Of a stretch of 64,000 nucleotides of DNA, positions 29,078 to 37,570 are shown in pieces. The translations under genes and the position numbers were made by a program. The DNA lies in IMG/VR virus record IMGVR_UViG_3300033273_000550, positions 1 through 64,000 of that record. One strand, given 5' to 3'. The DNA is from a virus. The notes beneath the pieces are model-generated. The model was given only the letters and a program-made list of their open reading frames with translations, was not told where the DNA came from and made no database searches. Position 1 is the stretch's first letter. Each line of letters begins with the position of its first letter.

Positions 29078-30009
29078 AAGTTTGTTATGTAACTGAAATG
29101 GGTTTTATAGGAAAGTATCCTAGAAACTATGATATGATGAGAACTGAACAGGCTTGGCCTTGTACACTCGAGGCAGATTGTTTTCCATATAATTATATTC
29201 CTAACGAAAAGTATGATGTAGCCTTATGTGTTATTCCTAAAAAGAATGTAAGTAACTGGATGGCTAATAATACATTCGATAAGATGAAAACCTATGCTGA
29301 CAAAATAGCAATCATGCAAGAAGGTCCACATTGGTGTTTTCAAGATTATACTTTAGTTGAACAAATATGGTACTACAACACACTGAGGAAAGCAGATATT
29401 TTATTTGTGCACAATGAAGTAGATTTAACATACTATAAAGGTATTACAGGCCATAAAGATGTTAGAATACTTCCTACATTGATGATAGAAGATTCGATAA
29501 AAGACCTTCCGGAAGTAGAAAGAAAAGGAGTAATGATAGGAGGTAATTTTGTTAGTTGGTATGGAGGGTTTGATTCTTTTGTTACAGCATCTGAAATAGA
29601 CGAGCCTATATTTTCTCCTATGATGGGTAGAAGACAAGAAGGAGAATCACAATTAGGTATTACTCAACTTCCTTATATGAATTGGGTTGATTGGATTAAA
29701 AAATTAAATGAGTTTAAATACGGAGTACATTTAATGAGAACTCATGCCGCTGGAACATTTGCTCTTAATTGTGCTTACTTAGGTATTCCTTGTATAGGTT
29801 ATGAAGGACTAGATACTCAGCAAAAATGTCATCCTAGTTTAACAATAAAGGTTGGTGATATCTTGTCAGCCCGAAAAAATATTCGTAAATTAAAAGACGA
29901 TAAAGACTTCTACAACCAGTGTAGTAAGGAAGCAAAAGAGAACTATAAAAAGTATTATAATGAGGATAAGTTTAATTCAACCTGGAAGAAACAATTTAAA
30001 GTATCTTAA
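29074..30009 (+). CDS. Putative GT-B glycosyltransferase
   Basis: GTFALNCAYLGIPCIG resembles the GT-B C-terminal motif. Confidence 0.6.
   Translation: MKVCYVTEMGFIGKYPRNYDMMRTEQAWPCTLEADCFPYNYIPNEKYDVALCVIPKKNVSNWMANNTFDKMKTYADKIAIMQEGPHWCFQDYTLVEQIWYYNTLRKADILFVHNEVDLTYYKGITGHKDVRILPTLMIEDSIKDLPEVERKGVMIGGNFVSWYGGFDSFVTASEIDEPIFSPMMGRRQEGESQLGITQLPYMNWVDWIKKLNEFKYGVHLMRTHAAGTFALNCAYLGIPCIGYEGLDTQQKCHPSLTIKVGDILSARKNIRKLKDDKDFYNQCSKEAKENYKKYYNEDKFNSTWKKQFKVS
29863..29893 (+). promoter_or_regulatory. Host-type promoter (internal)
   Basis: TTG-N20-TAAATTAA upstream of the GT2 gene. Confidence 0.45.
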
Positions 30010-31132
30010 GTGGTCTTATGAAGCTACTAGAAAACATCAAGGAGACCATGAGGTAGAAATCTGTGTAGCAGATGATGCTTCTTCTGATGGTACATGGGAT
30101 TGGTGTTTAGAGATGATGGATAAAGATCCTCTATTTAAAGCTATCAAGAACGAAGGACCTGATAGATTAGGACATACTATTTTATATGATAGATTGATTA
30201 ATGAAGTAGCTACGAGCGATGTAGCAATGATTTATCATGCTGATATGTATCTTTGTCCTGGAGCATTAGATGCTATAGAAAGAGAGATAGAAGAAAAGGT
30301 GATTGTATCTCTAACTAGAATAGAACCTCCTCTTCATCCTGATGGTCCTGAAAAGATATTATGGAACGGAGGTGTAGAACCTGAAGAGTTTTTAGAAGAA
30401 GAGTTACTCAAGCAGTTACCTTCTATGAAAGTCGTTGATAAGATCACTGAAGGTATATTTGCTCCTTGGGCATTTTATAGAAAAGACTTTCAAGAAATAG
30501 GAGGACACGATCCATTATATGCTCCTCAGTCAAAAGAAGACTCAGACATCTTCAATAGATTCCTACTTAATGGTGTTAAGTTCAAACAAGTTTGGGATGG
30601 TTTTGTTTACCATATGACTTGTAGAGGTAGTAGAAGAAATACTAATGATAAAGCTGTAAGTATATACGAAGATAGTCCTGAATGGTTAGCTCAGAATATG
30701 AGATCAACTAGAAACTTTATTCGTAAATGGGGGCACTTTGTAATGCACGATAGGTTAATGAAGCCAGTTGTTCCCAATAAGTACAATGTTGGTATAAGAA
30801 TTACTAATGCAACTCCGGAATTACTTAAAACTTTAGAACCCTGGTGTGATGATATATTTGTAGATATAGATATAGAAGCATATATTGAAGCTGAACAGGT
30901 AAATACCGTAATAGACTTGAGAGAAAGAGTTCATACTACCAAACAGCTAGTCTTAAATGATATAGTTGTAGAGACGGATGGTTCTAAATTTAACAATAAC
31001 GACTTTAATATAATTCAAAAGTTTAGTCAAATTTTAGACGATAGTGGAAAGGTTGGAGAATTTGAATTAGGCAATCTATTTATAAGAATAAATAAGTTAG
31101 AAACTTATACAAAAGAGTTAATAAATTTATGA
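29960..31132 (+). CDS. Glycosyltransferase family 2
   Basis: DDASSDGT, HADM, GGHD and EDSD motifs. Confidence 0.9.
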   Translation: MRISLIQPGRNNLKYLKWSYEATRKHQGDHEVEICVADDASSDGTWDWCLEMMDKDPLFKAIKNEGPDRLGHTILYDRLINEVATSDVAMIYHADMYLCPGALDAIEREIEEKVIVSLTRIEPPLHPDGPEKILWNGGVEPEEFLEEELLKQLPSMKVVDKITEGIFAPWAFYRKDFQEIGGHDPLYAPQSKEDSDIFNRFLLNGVKFKQVWDGFVYHMTCRGSRRNTNDKAVSIYEDSPEWLAQNMRSTRNFIRKWGHFVMHDRLMKPVVPNKYNVGIRITNATPELLKTLEPWCDDIFVDIDIEAYIEAEQVNTVIDLRERVHTTKQLVLNDIVVETDGSKFNNNDFNIIQKFSQILDDSGKVGEFELGNLFIRINKLETYTKELINL

Positions 31133-31305
31133 AAAAATTAATTATAGAGTTTACACACGTTAACGGAGAAAAAGAGAGAGTAGAATTCGATACTGATAAG
31201 TCATACGAATGGACAGTTGAACAATGGTCTAGAAACAGACACGTAGTAGATGCCAAACTAATCTCAGAATCTTCTATTTCTAACAAAGGTATGCTTTTAG
31301 GTTAA
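31129..31305 (+). CDS. Hypothetical protein (58 aa), not in ORF track
   Basis: ATGA-coupled; MKKLIIEFTHVNGEKERV...GMLLG. Confidence 0.65.
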   Translation: MKKLIIEFTHVNGEKERVEFDTDKSYEWTVEQWSRNRHVVDAKLISESSISNKGMLLG

Positions 31306-31317
31306 CTATTTATTAAT

Positions 31318-31683
31318 ATGAAAACAGAACTAGAATTAAAAGAGTATATCGAGCAGATAGTAGAAGCAGCTAAAGTTAATTTTGCTGGTCATAGTTTTAT
31401 ACTAAAGATTGATACTAACGAAGATCCAAATAAAAAAGGAGTTAAGGTTCAATTTATTCCTACTGAGTTCGGTTCGATTAGCAGTACAGAACAGAACGAT
31501 ATCGCAATAGAGTTAGAGCAGAGATTAGAAAAAGGTCTTGCTGAGTATGATTTAAGAGTGGAAAGAGACAGAAACCTTAAAGACAAGACTATTATTGGAT
31601 TCTTTATTTATATTGAATACTTTGATAGAATTATCAGAAAAGCATTATCTAATCAAAACCCTAACGATGTCGGAGAAGAATAA
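31318..31683 (+). CDS. Hypothetical protein
   Basis: ORF right after TATTTAT motif. Confidence 0.75.
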   Translation: MKTELELKEYIEQIVEAAKVNFAGHSFILKIDTNEDPNKKGVKVQFIPTEFGSISSTEQNDIAIELEQRLEKGLAEYDLRVERDRNLKDKTIIGFFIYIEYFDRIIRKALSNQNPNDVGEE

Positions 31684-32086
31684 ATTTAATTACGAAGCAG
31701 TATTAAGAAAAGGTTGTACTAGAGCTGGATTAAGAAAAGCCAGAATTAAAAAGAAGGAAGCTCCTAATGTTCCATATTCGGAGAAAGTCTTTACTGAAAT
31801 CATTACAGGCCTTCAACAGATAGAAGTAAGAAGAGATCATCTTGCAAATGAGATTGGGATAGATACTACCACTTATGAGGATATGTTTTTTATAGTTATC
31901 GAGAAATTGCTTCATTACTCATTTAACAAAAAACAACTTAAACTTATTCAGTCTTATCTTTATGAACTTCCATACGATGAGAATTGGAATGGAACTATTA
32001 CTCTTAAGTTAAGCAACAAAGAGGAAAGAGTCTTTAATTTTAGAACTCCAAAAGATGTTTGGAAAGTTTTGCAAAATATTAAGTAA
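31667..32086 (+). CDS. Hypothetical protein
   Basis: ATG at 31667 preferred. Confidence 0.65.
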   Translation: MSEKNKFNYEAVLRKGCTRAGLRKARIKKKEAPNVPYSEKVFTEIITGLQQIEVRRDHLANEIGIDTTTYEDMFFIVIEKLLHYSFNKKQLKLIQSYLYELPYDENWNGTITLKLSNKEERVFNFRTPKDVWKVLQNIK

Positions 32087-32091
32087 AATAG

Positions 32092-32122
32092 TTGCTCGTC
32101 TGAACTAAAAGTACTATATTTA
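32092..32122 (+). promoter_or_regulatory. Early promoter (host sigma type)
   Basis: TTG-N20-TATATTTA; nearly identical to 44082-44112. Confidence 0.8.
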
Positions 32123-32145
32123 AGGATATTTTTAACGGTTATACT

Positions 32146-32541
32146 ATGATAGAAAATTTAGAATTAATCCCTTGTCCAAAATGTGGTAATGACTTTCCTA
32201 AAAAAAGGAAAGAGTTAGGGTACCACGTATGTGTGAATTGTTCAACAGTAGATAGAGTAGTAGGTATTACTACTGTAGAAGGTACTGGTGATCATACTTA
32301 TAATGATTTGATCATTATGGATAGAAAGAAAGCTTTTGAAATAGCAAAAAGAGAAGCTGAAATCAAAGGATCTAAAACTCCTGTATTTTTAGAAACTCAA
32401 GACTATGAGAAAGACGAAGAAGCTATATCTCAGTCTATTGATGAAGCTGTTAGTCAATCACTCTCAGATGAAGTAGTTGAAGAATATGATTCTTTCGATC
32501 CTAATAAAGAACCAGAAGGTATAGAGGGAATAGATTATTAA
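32146..32541 (+). CDS. Zinc-finger protein with acidic tail
   Basis: CPKC...R.ELG..VCVNC. Confidence 0.7.
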   Translation: MIENLELIPCPKCGNDFPKKRKELGYHVCVNCSTVDRVVGITTVEGTGDHTYNDLIIMDRKKAFEIAKREAEIKGSKTPVFLETQDYEKDEEAISQSIDEAVSQSLSDEVVEEYDSFDPNKEPEGIEGIDY

Positions 32542-33170
32542 TGGCTAGACCATCTAAAATATTAACTAAAGAGGATATTATTCGAGCACAAAAGATGACT
32601 CGTTCTAATATGGCTGCTGCTAGATATCTTCATGTATCTTATAATCATTTTAAGAAGTACGCTAAGATGTATAAGAATGATGAAGGAGTATCTCTCCTTG
32701 AGGTACATAAGAATCAAGCAGGTAAAGGTATACCTAAGTTTCTTACTAACAAAGGAAAGCAGCCTCCTCTTATGGATCTTTTAGAAGGTAGAGTTCCTAT
32801 AGAACACTTCGACGCTCAGAAGGTAAAGGCTAGAATTATTCAAGAATGTTTACTAGAAGAGAAATGTGCTAAGTGTAATTTTATGGAACGTAGAGTTCAT
32901 GATACTAAAGTACCATTGATACTTACTCATAAAGATAAGAATAGAAAGAACTGGCATTTAGATAATTTAGAGTTTCTATGTTATAATTGTGCATTCTTAT
33001 ATTATGCTGATCCGATTACTGAACAGCAAGTAAACGCAATGGAAGATTATATAGATAAAACCAAGGAAGAACATACTTGGGACTTAGATGAACATCATAT
33101 TGAACATTTAAGAGAGTTAGGTTTATACGAAGACGAAAAACCTGGAGAAGAATATATTGAAAGATTATAA
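32541..33170 (+). CDS. HTH plus HNH-like protein
   Basis: AAARYL.VSY HTH; CAKC...HKD.N..N..LDNL..LC.NC. Confidence 0.75.
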   Translation: MARPSKILTKEDIIRAQKMTRSNMAAARYLHVSYNHFKKYAKMYKNDEGVSLLEVHKNQAGKGIPKFLTNKGKQPPLMDLLEGRVPIEHFDAQKVKARIIQECLLEEKCAKCNFMERRVHDTKVPLILTHKDKNRKNWHLDNLEFLCYNCAFLYYADPITEQQVNAMEDYIDKTKEEHTWDLDEHHIEHLRELGLYEDEKPGEEYIERL

Positions 33171-33181
33171 CTATTTATACC

Positions 33182-33319
33182 ATGAACAAACAGAACAATG
33201 GCAACGAGCAGCTAAACTCTATTCGCAATGAGTTTAATGACAGAGTAAAGTCAAAGAAAATGCTCGGTAAAGCTCCAAGAGTAAAATGGAGTGAAAACAG
33301 AAGATTTAGAACAATCTAA
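33182..33319 (+). CDS. Small basic hypothetical protein (45 aa)
   Basis: ATG 3 nt after TATTTAT. Confidence 0.5.
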   Translation: MNKQNNGNEQLNSIRNEFNDRVKSKKMLGKAPRVKWSENRRFRTI

Positions 33320-33320
33320 T

Positions 33321-33467
33321 ATGAAAAAGAAACTTAATAAGTTCTCTACTTTTAAGAAAAAAAAACCTCTTGAAAGAAAGATTGCCGATAAGTTAGTTGA
33401 TACTCATGAAAGAAATGAGAAGCTAAGAGATAAAAATATCGGTACATCGTTTTTAGATTTATTCTAA
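33321..33467 (+). CDS. Small basic hypothetical protein (48 aa)
   Basis: Fills the gap between ORFs; MKKKLNKF...SFLDLF. Confidence 0.5.
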   Translation: MKKKLNKFSTFKKKKPLERKIADKLVDTHERNEKLRDKNIGTSFLDLF

Positions 33468-33481
33468 CCAAAACAATTATC

Positions 33482-34072
33482 ATGAAAACTTTTAACGGTA
33501 AATTTATTAGTATACTAGGTTTCCTATTGTTTACCGCGTTCACCGTATATCAACGAGCAGAAGAAAAACCAGTAGAGGTATTAATTGAACCTCAAGAGGT
33601 TATCTTTCCGGAAATAGAAATAGAAGCTGAAAATCTTAATTTTGGAGTTAAACTTTATGGACATGAAGCTTTTTTAGGAGAGTTAGGATTTATGGAAAGT
33701 TCTAACGATTACAAAGCTGTAAATCGATTAGGATATTTAGGTAGGTACCAATTCGGTAGAGCTACACTAAACAATTTAAACATTAAGGTGACCAATAGAG
33801 AGTTCTTAAGCAATCCAGAACTTCAAGAGTATGCAATGCAGAAACTTTTAGAAGCTAATTATAAATCTTTAAAGAGATACATTAATAAGTACGATGGTCA
33901 AGTAGTTCATGGAGTATTAGTTACTAAATCAGGAGTACTAGCAGCAGCTCATTTAGGAGGTGCAGGTAATGTAAAGAAATGGTTTAGAAAAGGAGAAGTA
34001 TTTAGTGATGCTAATGGTACAAAGATAACCTATTATATGGAAAGATTTAGTGGATATCGGTTGAATGTCTGA
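33482..34072 (+). CDS. Secreted lysozyme-like/transglycosylase protein
   Basis: N-terminal hydrophobic segment; ES..DY...N..GYLGRYQF and LAAAHLGG motifs. Confidence 0.75.
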   Translation: MKTFNGKFISILGFLLFTAFTVYQRAEEKPVEVLIEPQEVIFPEIEIEAENLNFGVKLYGHEAFLGELGFMESSNDYKAVNRLGYLGRYQFGRATLNNLNIKVTNREFLSNPELQEYAMQKLLEANYKSLKRYINKYDGQVVHGVLVTKSGVLAAAHLGGAGNVKKWFRKGEVFSDANGTKITYYMERFSGYRLNV

Positions 34073-34091
34073 GAAAATATTCATATATTTA
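34061..34091 (+). promoter_or_regulatory. Early promoter driving tRNA-Met
   Basis: TTG-N20-TATATTTA. Confidence 0.75.
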
Positions 34092-34100
34092 AGTAAATAT

Positions 34101-34174
34101 AGCGGGGTAGAGCAGTTGGCCAGCTCGTCGGGCTCATAACCCGAAGGTCGGAGGTTCGAATCCTCCTCCCGCAA
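34101..34174 (+). tRNA. tRNA-Met(CAT), initiator type
   Basis: Cloverleaf with TTCGAAT T-loop, CAT anticodon, GGG/CCC anticodon stem, 1:72 mismatch; CCA not encoded. Confidence 0.95.
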
Positions 34175-34188
34175 CTAAAATAAAGGTT

Positions 34189-34512
34189 ATGGCAGAAAAA
34201 AGAGGATATACAGAGAAACTATCTAATCCGTTTAATACTGCAGGATTATTAGAAGTGTTTATGCCTAAGTTAGATGGATGGTACAGAGTTACTTCTAGAG
34301 AGTTTAGGTCCTTTGATGGCAAGAGAAGAATTACTGAACCTACTGAAGTAGTAAAGGGTAAACTAGAAGTAGAAATGAGAACTTATGATTACTTCGGTCC
34401 AGTATTTTTATGGGGGACTAATATGGAGCTAGTTGATCCTACTAATGAAGGTAAGTTAGTTGAGAGTCCTTATTATGAAGAAATGATGAAAGCATCAGGT
34501 AGTAGAAGATAG
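34189..34512 (+). CDS. Hypothetical protein
   Basis: AATAAAGGTTATG start context. Confidence 0.75.
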   Translation: MAEKRGYTEKLSNPFNTAGLLEVFMPKLDGWYRVTSREFRSFDGKRRITEPTEVVKGKLEVEMRTYDYFGPVFLWGTNMELVDPTNEGKLVESPYYEEMMKASGSRR

Positions 34513-34514
34513 AT

Positions 34515-34811
34515 ATGATTAATTTACATTTTAATGATCCTTCTGAATTTGAGAATTTATTCGGAAATAAAAATTTAGAAATTACTAATGCAACGGTTAA
34601 AGGTATAGCCGATGCAATGAGAAGGAATAAGAAGTCAGCTCATTTGTTTAATGTAACATTTTCTGATCATGAGTTTGAATATGAGATTATTATGTCTAGT
34701 CTCAATTGGCCTGATGCTCTTGAAAGTTGCTTAGACTTTTATCATAAAAATGAAATGAGTGATGAAGCAATTGATACATGGAAATTATTAGAATGCGCAA
34801 AAGTTTGGTAA
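34515..34811 (+). CDS. Hypothetical protein
   Basis: Tightly packed ORF. Confidence 0.7.
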   Translation: MINLHFNDPSEFENLFGNKNLEITNATVKGIADAMRRNKKSAHLFNVTFSDHEFEYEIIMSSLNWPDALESCLDFYHKNEMSDEAIDTWKLLECAKVW

Positions 34812-34812
34812 T

Positions 34813-35208
34813 ATGGCACTTTGGAATGTAAATGGAGAAATAGTTTATTCAGAGGGTTCTTTGTCTCTTAATCCTGAAGAAGCAAAAAGTATTTTTGTTA
34901 GAAGACATTTTTATAAAGTACCTTTTACTAATGTAGGTACTGGAGGTATAGTAAAGGTTGATTCCGGAACGTTCCATACTCCGTCTTGGACTAAAGTTCA
35001 TCCTAAAACTACTATAAATGATATCATAGTAGATAAGAAACCATTTGAAGAATTATTTGTTGAACCTGAAGTTTGGGAGTTCAAGAGTGAGTCTTCAGAT
35101 AAAGTTTATAAAGTTAAGAAAAACGCTAAAGGAAATCTAAGCTGTTCATGCTGGGGTTATATAGCACATAAGAAATGCAAACATATAAAATCTGTATTGG
35201 ACCAGTAG
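34813..35208 (+). CDS. SWIM zinc-finger protein
   Basis: Y.V...SCSC.G.....CKH. Confidence 0.8.
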   Translation: MALWNVNGEIVYSEGSLSLNPEEAKSIFVRRHFYKVPFTNVGTGGIVKVDSGTFHTPSWTKVHPKTTINDIIVDKKPFEELFVEPEVWEFKSESSDKVYKVKKNAKGNLSCSCWGYIAHKKCKHIKSVLDQ

Positions 35209-35272
35209 CTCAGCTGGCTAGAGCATCTGCCTTCTAAGCAGACGGTCGCAGGTTCGAATCCTGCCTGGTTCA
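35199..35272 (+). tRNA. tRNA-Arg(TCT)
   Basis: GGACCAG/CTGGTTC acceptor stem, TCTGC-CTTCTAA-GCAGA anticodon arm, GGTTCGAATCC T-arm. Confidence 0.95.
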
Positions 35273-35293
35273 CTAAAATATTTAGTAAGTGGC

Positions 35294-35324
35294 TTGTCTA
35301 TATGAAAAATTATTCATATATTTA
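35294..35324 (+). promoter_or_regulatory. Early promoter
   Basis: TTG-N20-TATATTTA. Confidence 0.75.
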
Positions 35325-35354
35325 AGTAAGTTTAAAAGTTAAAAGGTTATAATT

Positions 35355-36200
35355 ATGTCAGACATTATGTTAAAGTTTAGTGATAACGAGAGTTATATGA
35401 CTAAAGAAGAAATTAAAGAAATTGCACCATTAGTATTTGCTGAGGCTCCTACTAATCCGGATGTTAGTGGAAAGTATTTATTTGTTAATACTGAAACTAT
35501 TATTGATGACCTACAAAAGCTAGGTTGGTTACCAGTAAAAGCTGCTCAAAGAAAAGCTAGAAAAAAAGAAGGTACTATCTTCTCTAAACATATGGTAGCT
35601 TTTCAGAATCCTGATATTAAGATTACCTCTTCTGATGGTGATGATTCTTTTCCTAGAATTTTACTTACCAATAGTCATGATGGTATGCAAGCTTTTAAGT
35701 TCTCTGTTGGTATCTTTAGACTTGTTTGCTCTAATGGATTAGTTGTTGCCGATGAGCAGTTCTCTGATTTTAAGATAAAGCATAAAGGTTATACTTTTGC
35801 AGAGCTTAGAAACGTTGTTAGACAGGCTGTAGAAGATTTACCTAATAAGGTTCAGGTAATGAACGATATGAAGAATAGAGAATTATCTCAAGAAGAAAAG
35901 AATAAGTTAGCTTTAGATGCTATGTTAATTAGAGCTGGGATTACCCCAGGATCTGAAAAAGCTAAAAAGTTCGATTATGACTCTGAGACAATAGAGGATA
36001 TTTTGGAACCTAAAAGAGATGCAGATAAAGGAAATGATCTGTGGAAAGTCTTTAATGTAGTGCAAGAAAAAATTACTCAAGGAGAGTTTCATGCTGCATT
36101 AAAAGGAGCTAAAGTAAGAAAAGTAAGAAAGATACAATCTTTTGAAAAAGACCTAAAGGTGAATAAGGAGCTGTTTAAATTAGCTACTGCGTTAGTATGA
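35355..36200 (+). CDS. DUF932/DUF945-family protein
   Basis: NSHDG...F...G.FRLVCSNG and W..FN..QE motifs. Confidence 0.85.
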   Translation: MSDIMLKFSDNESYMTKEEIKEIAPLVFAEAPTNPDVSGKYLFVNTETIIDDLQKLGWLPVKAAQRKARKKEGTIFSKHMVAFQNPDIKITSSDGDDSFPRILLTNSHDGMQAFKFSVGIFRLVCSNGLVVADEQFSDFKIKHKGYTFAELRNVVRQAVEDLPNKVQVMNDMKNRELSQEEKNKLALDAMLIRAGITPGSEKAKKFDYDSETIEDILEPKRDADKGNDLWKVFNVVQEKITQGEFHAALKGAKVRKVRKIQSFEKDLKVNKELFKLATALV

Positions 36201-36376
36201 TAGAATTTATAAAGCATATATTTGGTTTTTGTGGAGAGCATTGGCATCCTAATCTTTGGACTGCCTTTGCTTCCTCTCCAATAATAGCATCCTCAATTTA
36301 CTGGATTAAATGTAAATGTGGAGGATGGTTTAATAATCATAAAGACAGCTGTGAGAACAAGAAAAAACTTTCTTAG
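36197..36376 (+). CDS. Small Cys/His-containing membrane protein (59 aa), not in ORF track
   Basis: ATGA-coupled; MIEFIKHIFGFCGEHWHPNL... Confidence 0.55.
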   Translation: MIEFIKHIFGFCGEHWHPNLWTAFASSPIIASSIYWIKCKCGGWFNNHKDSCENKKKLS

Positions 36377-37052
36377 GTATTGTGCTGATCCTAAACCTTT
36401 AGGATGTGACTTTACCGTTTTTTATTCCCCTGATCATAACGGAGGAGGGCCTTTAATGATCCAAGAGACTTTTAGCAAGCAAGAGTTCCTAGAAGAACAT
36501 AAAGACTGTAAATCAGTATTAGAGGTTTGCTCTGGTCCAGGATTTATTGGTTGGTATCTATACAACAAACTTAACTTAGACTTTGTTAATTTTTTAGATA
36601 TTTTTCCTCCTGTAGAGGACGACATAATTAAAACTGCTGAGTATAACAAGGTTCCGGAAAGTAATTATAATTTCTACCTCAGTGATGGTTTTAGTAAATA
36701 CAAAGGTGATAAGGTAGACTTAATAGTAATGAATCCTCCTTTCTATTATAAAGAAGAACAGTTTGAAAATCATATGAGCTATTTAAATGTTCCTGAGCAT
36801 AGAAGAGAACATGATGCTAGGATTACTTTTGACCCAGATCTTAAACTACATAAAAACCTTATTGCTAACTTTGAGCAGCATTTAACTGATAATGGAAGAA
36901 TAGTATTTTTAGAGGATATTAGATTTATGCTTCCAGAAGTTATTACTTCTAGAGTTAATCCTGTTTTGAAGTATGATTTTAAGCAATACAATTATAGCGG
37001 TAAAGAACCAGATTATTATACTTTAACATATTATAAGAATGAGAAAATGTAA
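36351..37052 (+). CDS. Class I SAM-dependent N-methyltransferase (NPPF type)
   Basis: VLEVCSGPGFIG and DLIVMNPPF motifs; start uncertain (GTG 36351 or 36318). Confidence 0.85.
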   Translation: MRTRKNFLRYCADPKPLGCDFTVFYSPDHNGGGPLMIQETFSKQEFLEEHKDCKSVLEVCSGPGFIGWYLYNKLNLDFVNFLDIFPPVEDDIIKTAEYNKVPESNYNFYLSDGFSKYKGDKVDLIVMNPPFYYKEEQFENHMSYLNVPEHRREHDARITFDPDLKLHKNLIANFEQHLTDNGRIVFLEDIRFMLPEVITSRVNPVLKYDFKQYNYSGKEPDYYTLTYYKNEKM

Positions 37053-37389
37053 TGTATGTAAGCAGTATCGTCCAGATTTTTGGTTTAAGACTGCTAAGAA
37101 AAAGACTTGTAGAAGTTGTGAAAGAACTTGGTGGAATATGATGCTTAGAATGTTAGTTAAGCAACGTAAACTTTCACCAGCAGAAAGAATTGGAAATAGA
37201 TTAGGTTACATGGGTACAGCTTTTATTATGATGTCACCTTATTTACTTCCTTATGATAATTTAGGAGCTTATACTTACCTAATTGGTGCACTCTTATCAC
37301 TTCCTCAAGTTTGGCTAGCTAAACAATGGAACTTGGTAATAGTTAACTTTAATTTATTAATTGGATACGGAGCTTACTTATGGAATTAA
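37039..37389 (+). CDS. Zn-finger plus membrane protein
   Basis: CNVC/CRSC pairs then about three hydrophobic segments. Confidence 0.65.
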   Translation: MRKCNVCKQYRPDFWFKTAKKKTCRSCERTWWNMMLRMLVKQRKLSPAERIGNRLGYMGTAFIMMSPYLLPYDNLGAYTYLIGALLSLPQVWLAKQWNLVIVNFNLLIGYGAYLWN

Positions 37390-37403
37390 AAGAAAAAAAT
37401 AAT

Positions 37404-37434
37404 TTGGAGATTGTAAAAAAGATTCTTAAATTAA
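37404..37434 (+). promoter_or_regulatory. Possible host-type promoter upstream of the Hint gene
   Basis: TTG-N20-TAAATTAA; TATTTAT also at 37542. Confidence 0.4.
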
Positions 37435-37570
37435 AAGAACTACCTCCTTCTCCGGAGATAGTAAAACAGATACAAAAATTGCAACAGCAACTCTAACTAA
37501 AAAGAAATATCGTATAGGTTTTTTTTATTTAATTCCTTTGATATTTATATAAAACATTAGATCTAAAAAT

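Noticed and set aside
31129-31305. Same MLLG C-terminus as GroEL
   Set aside because: Two instances of four residues; cannot be separated from chance
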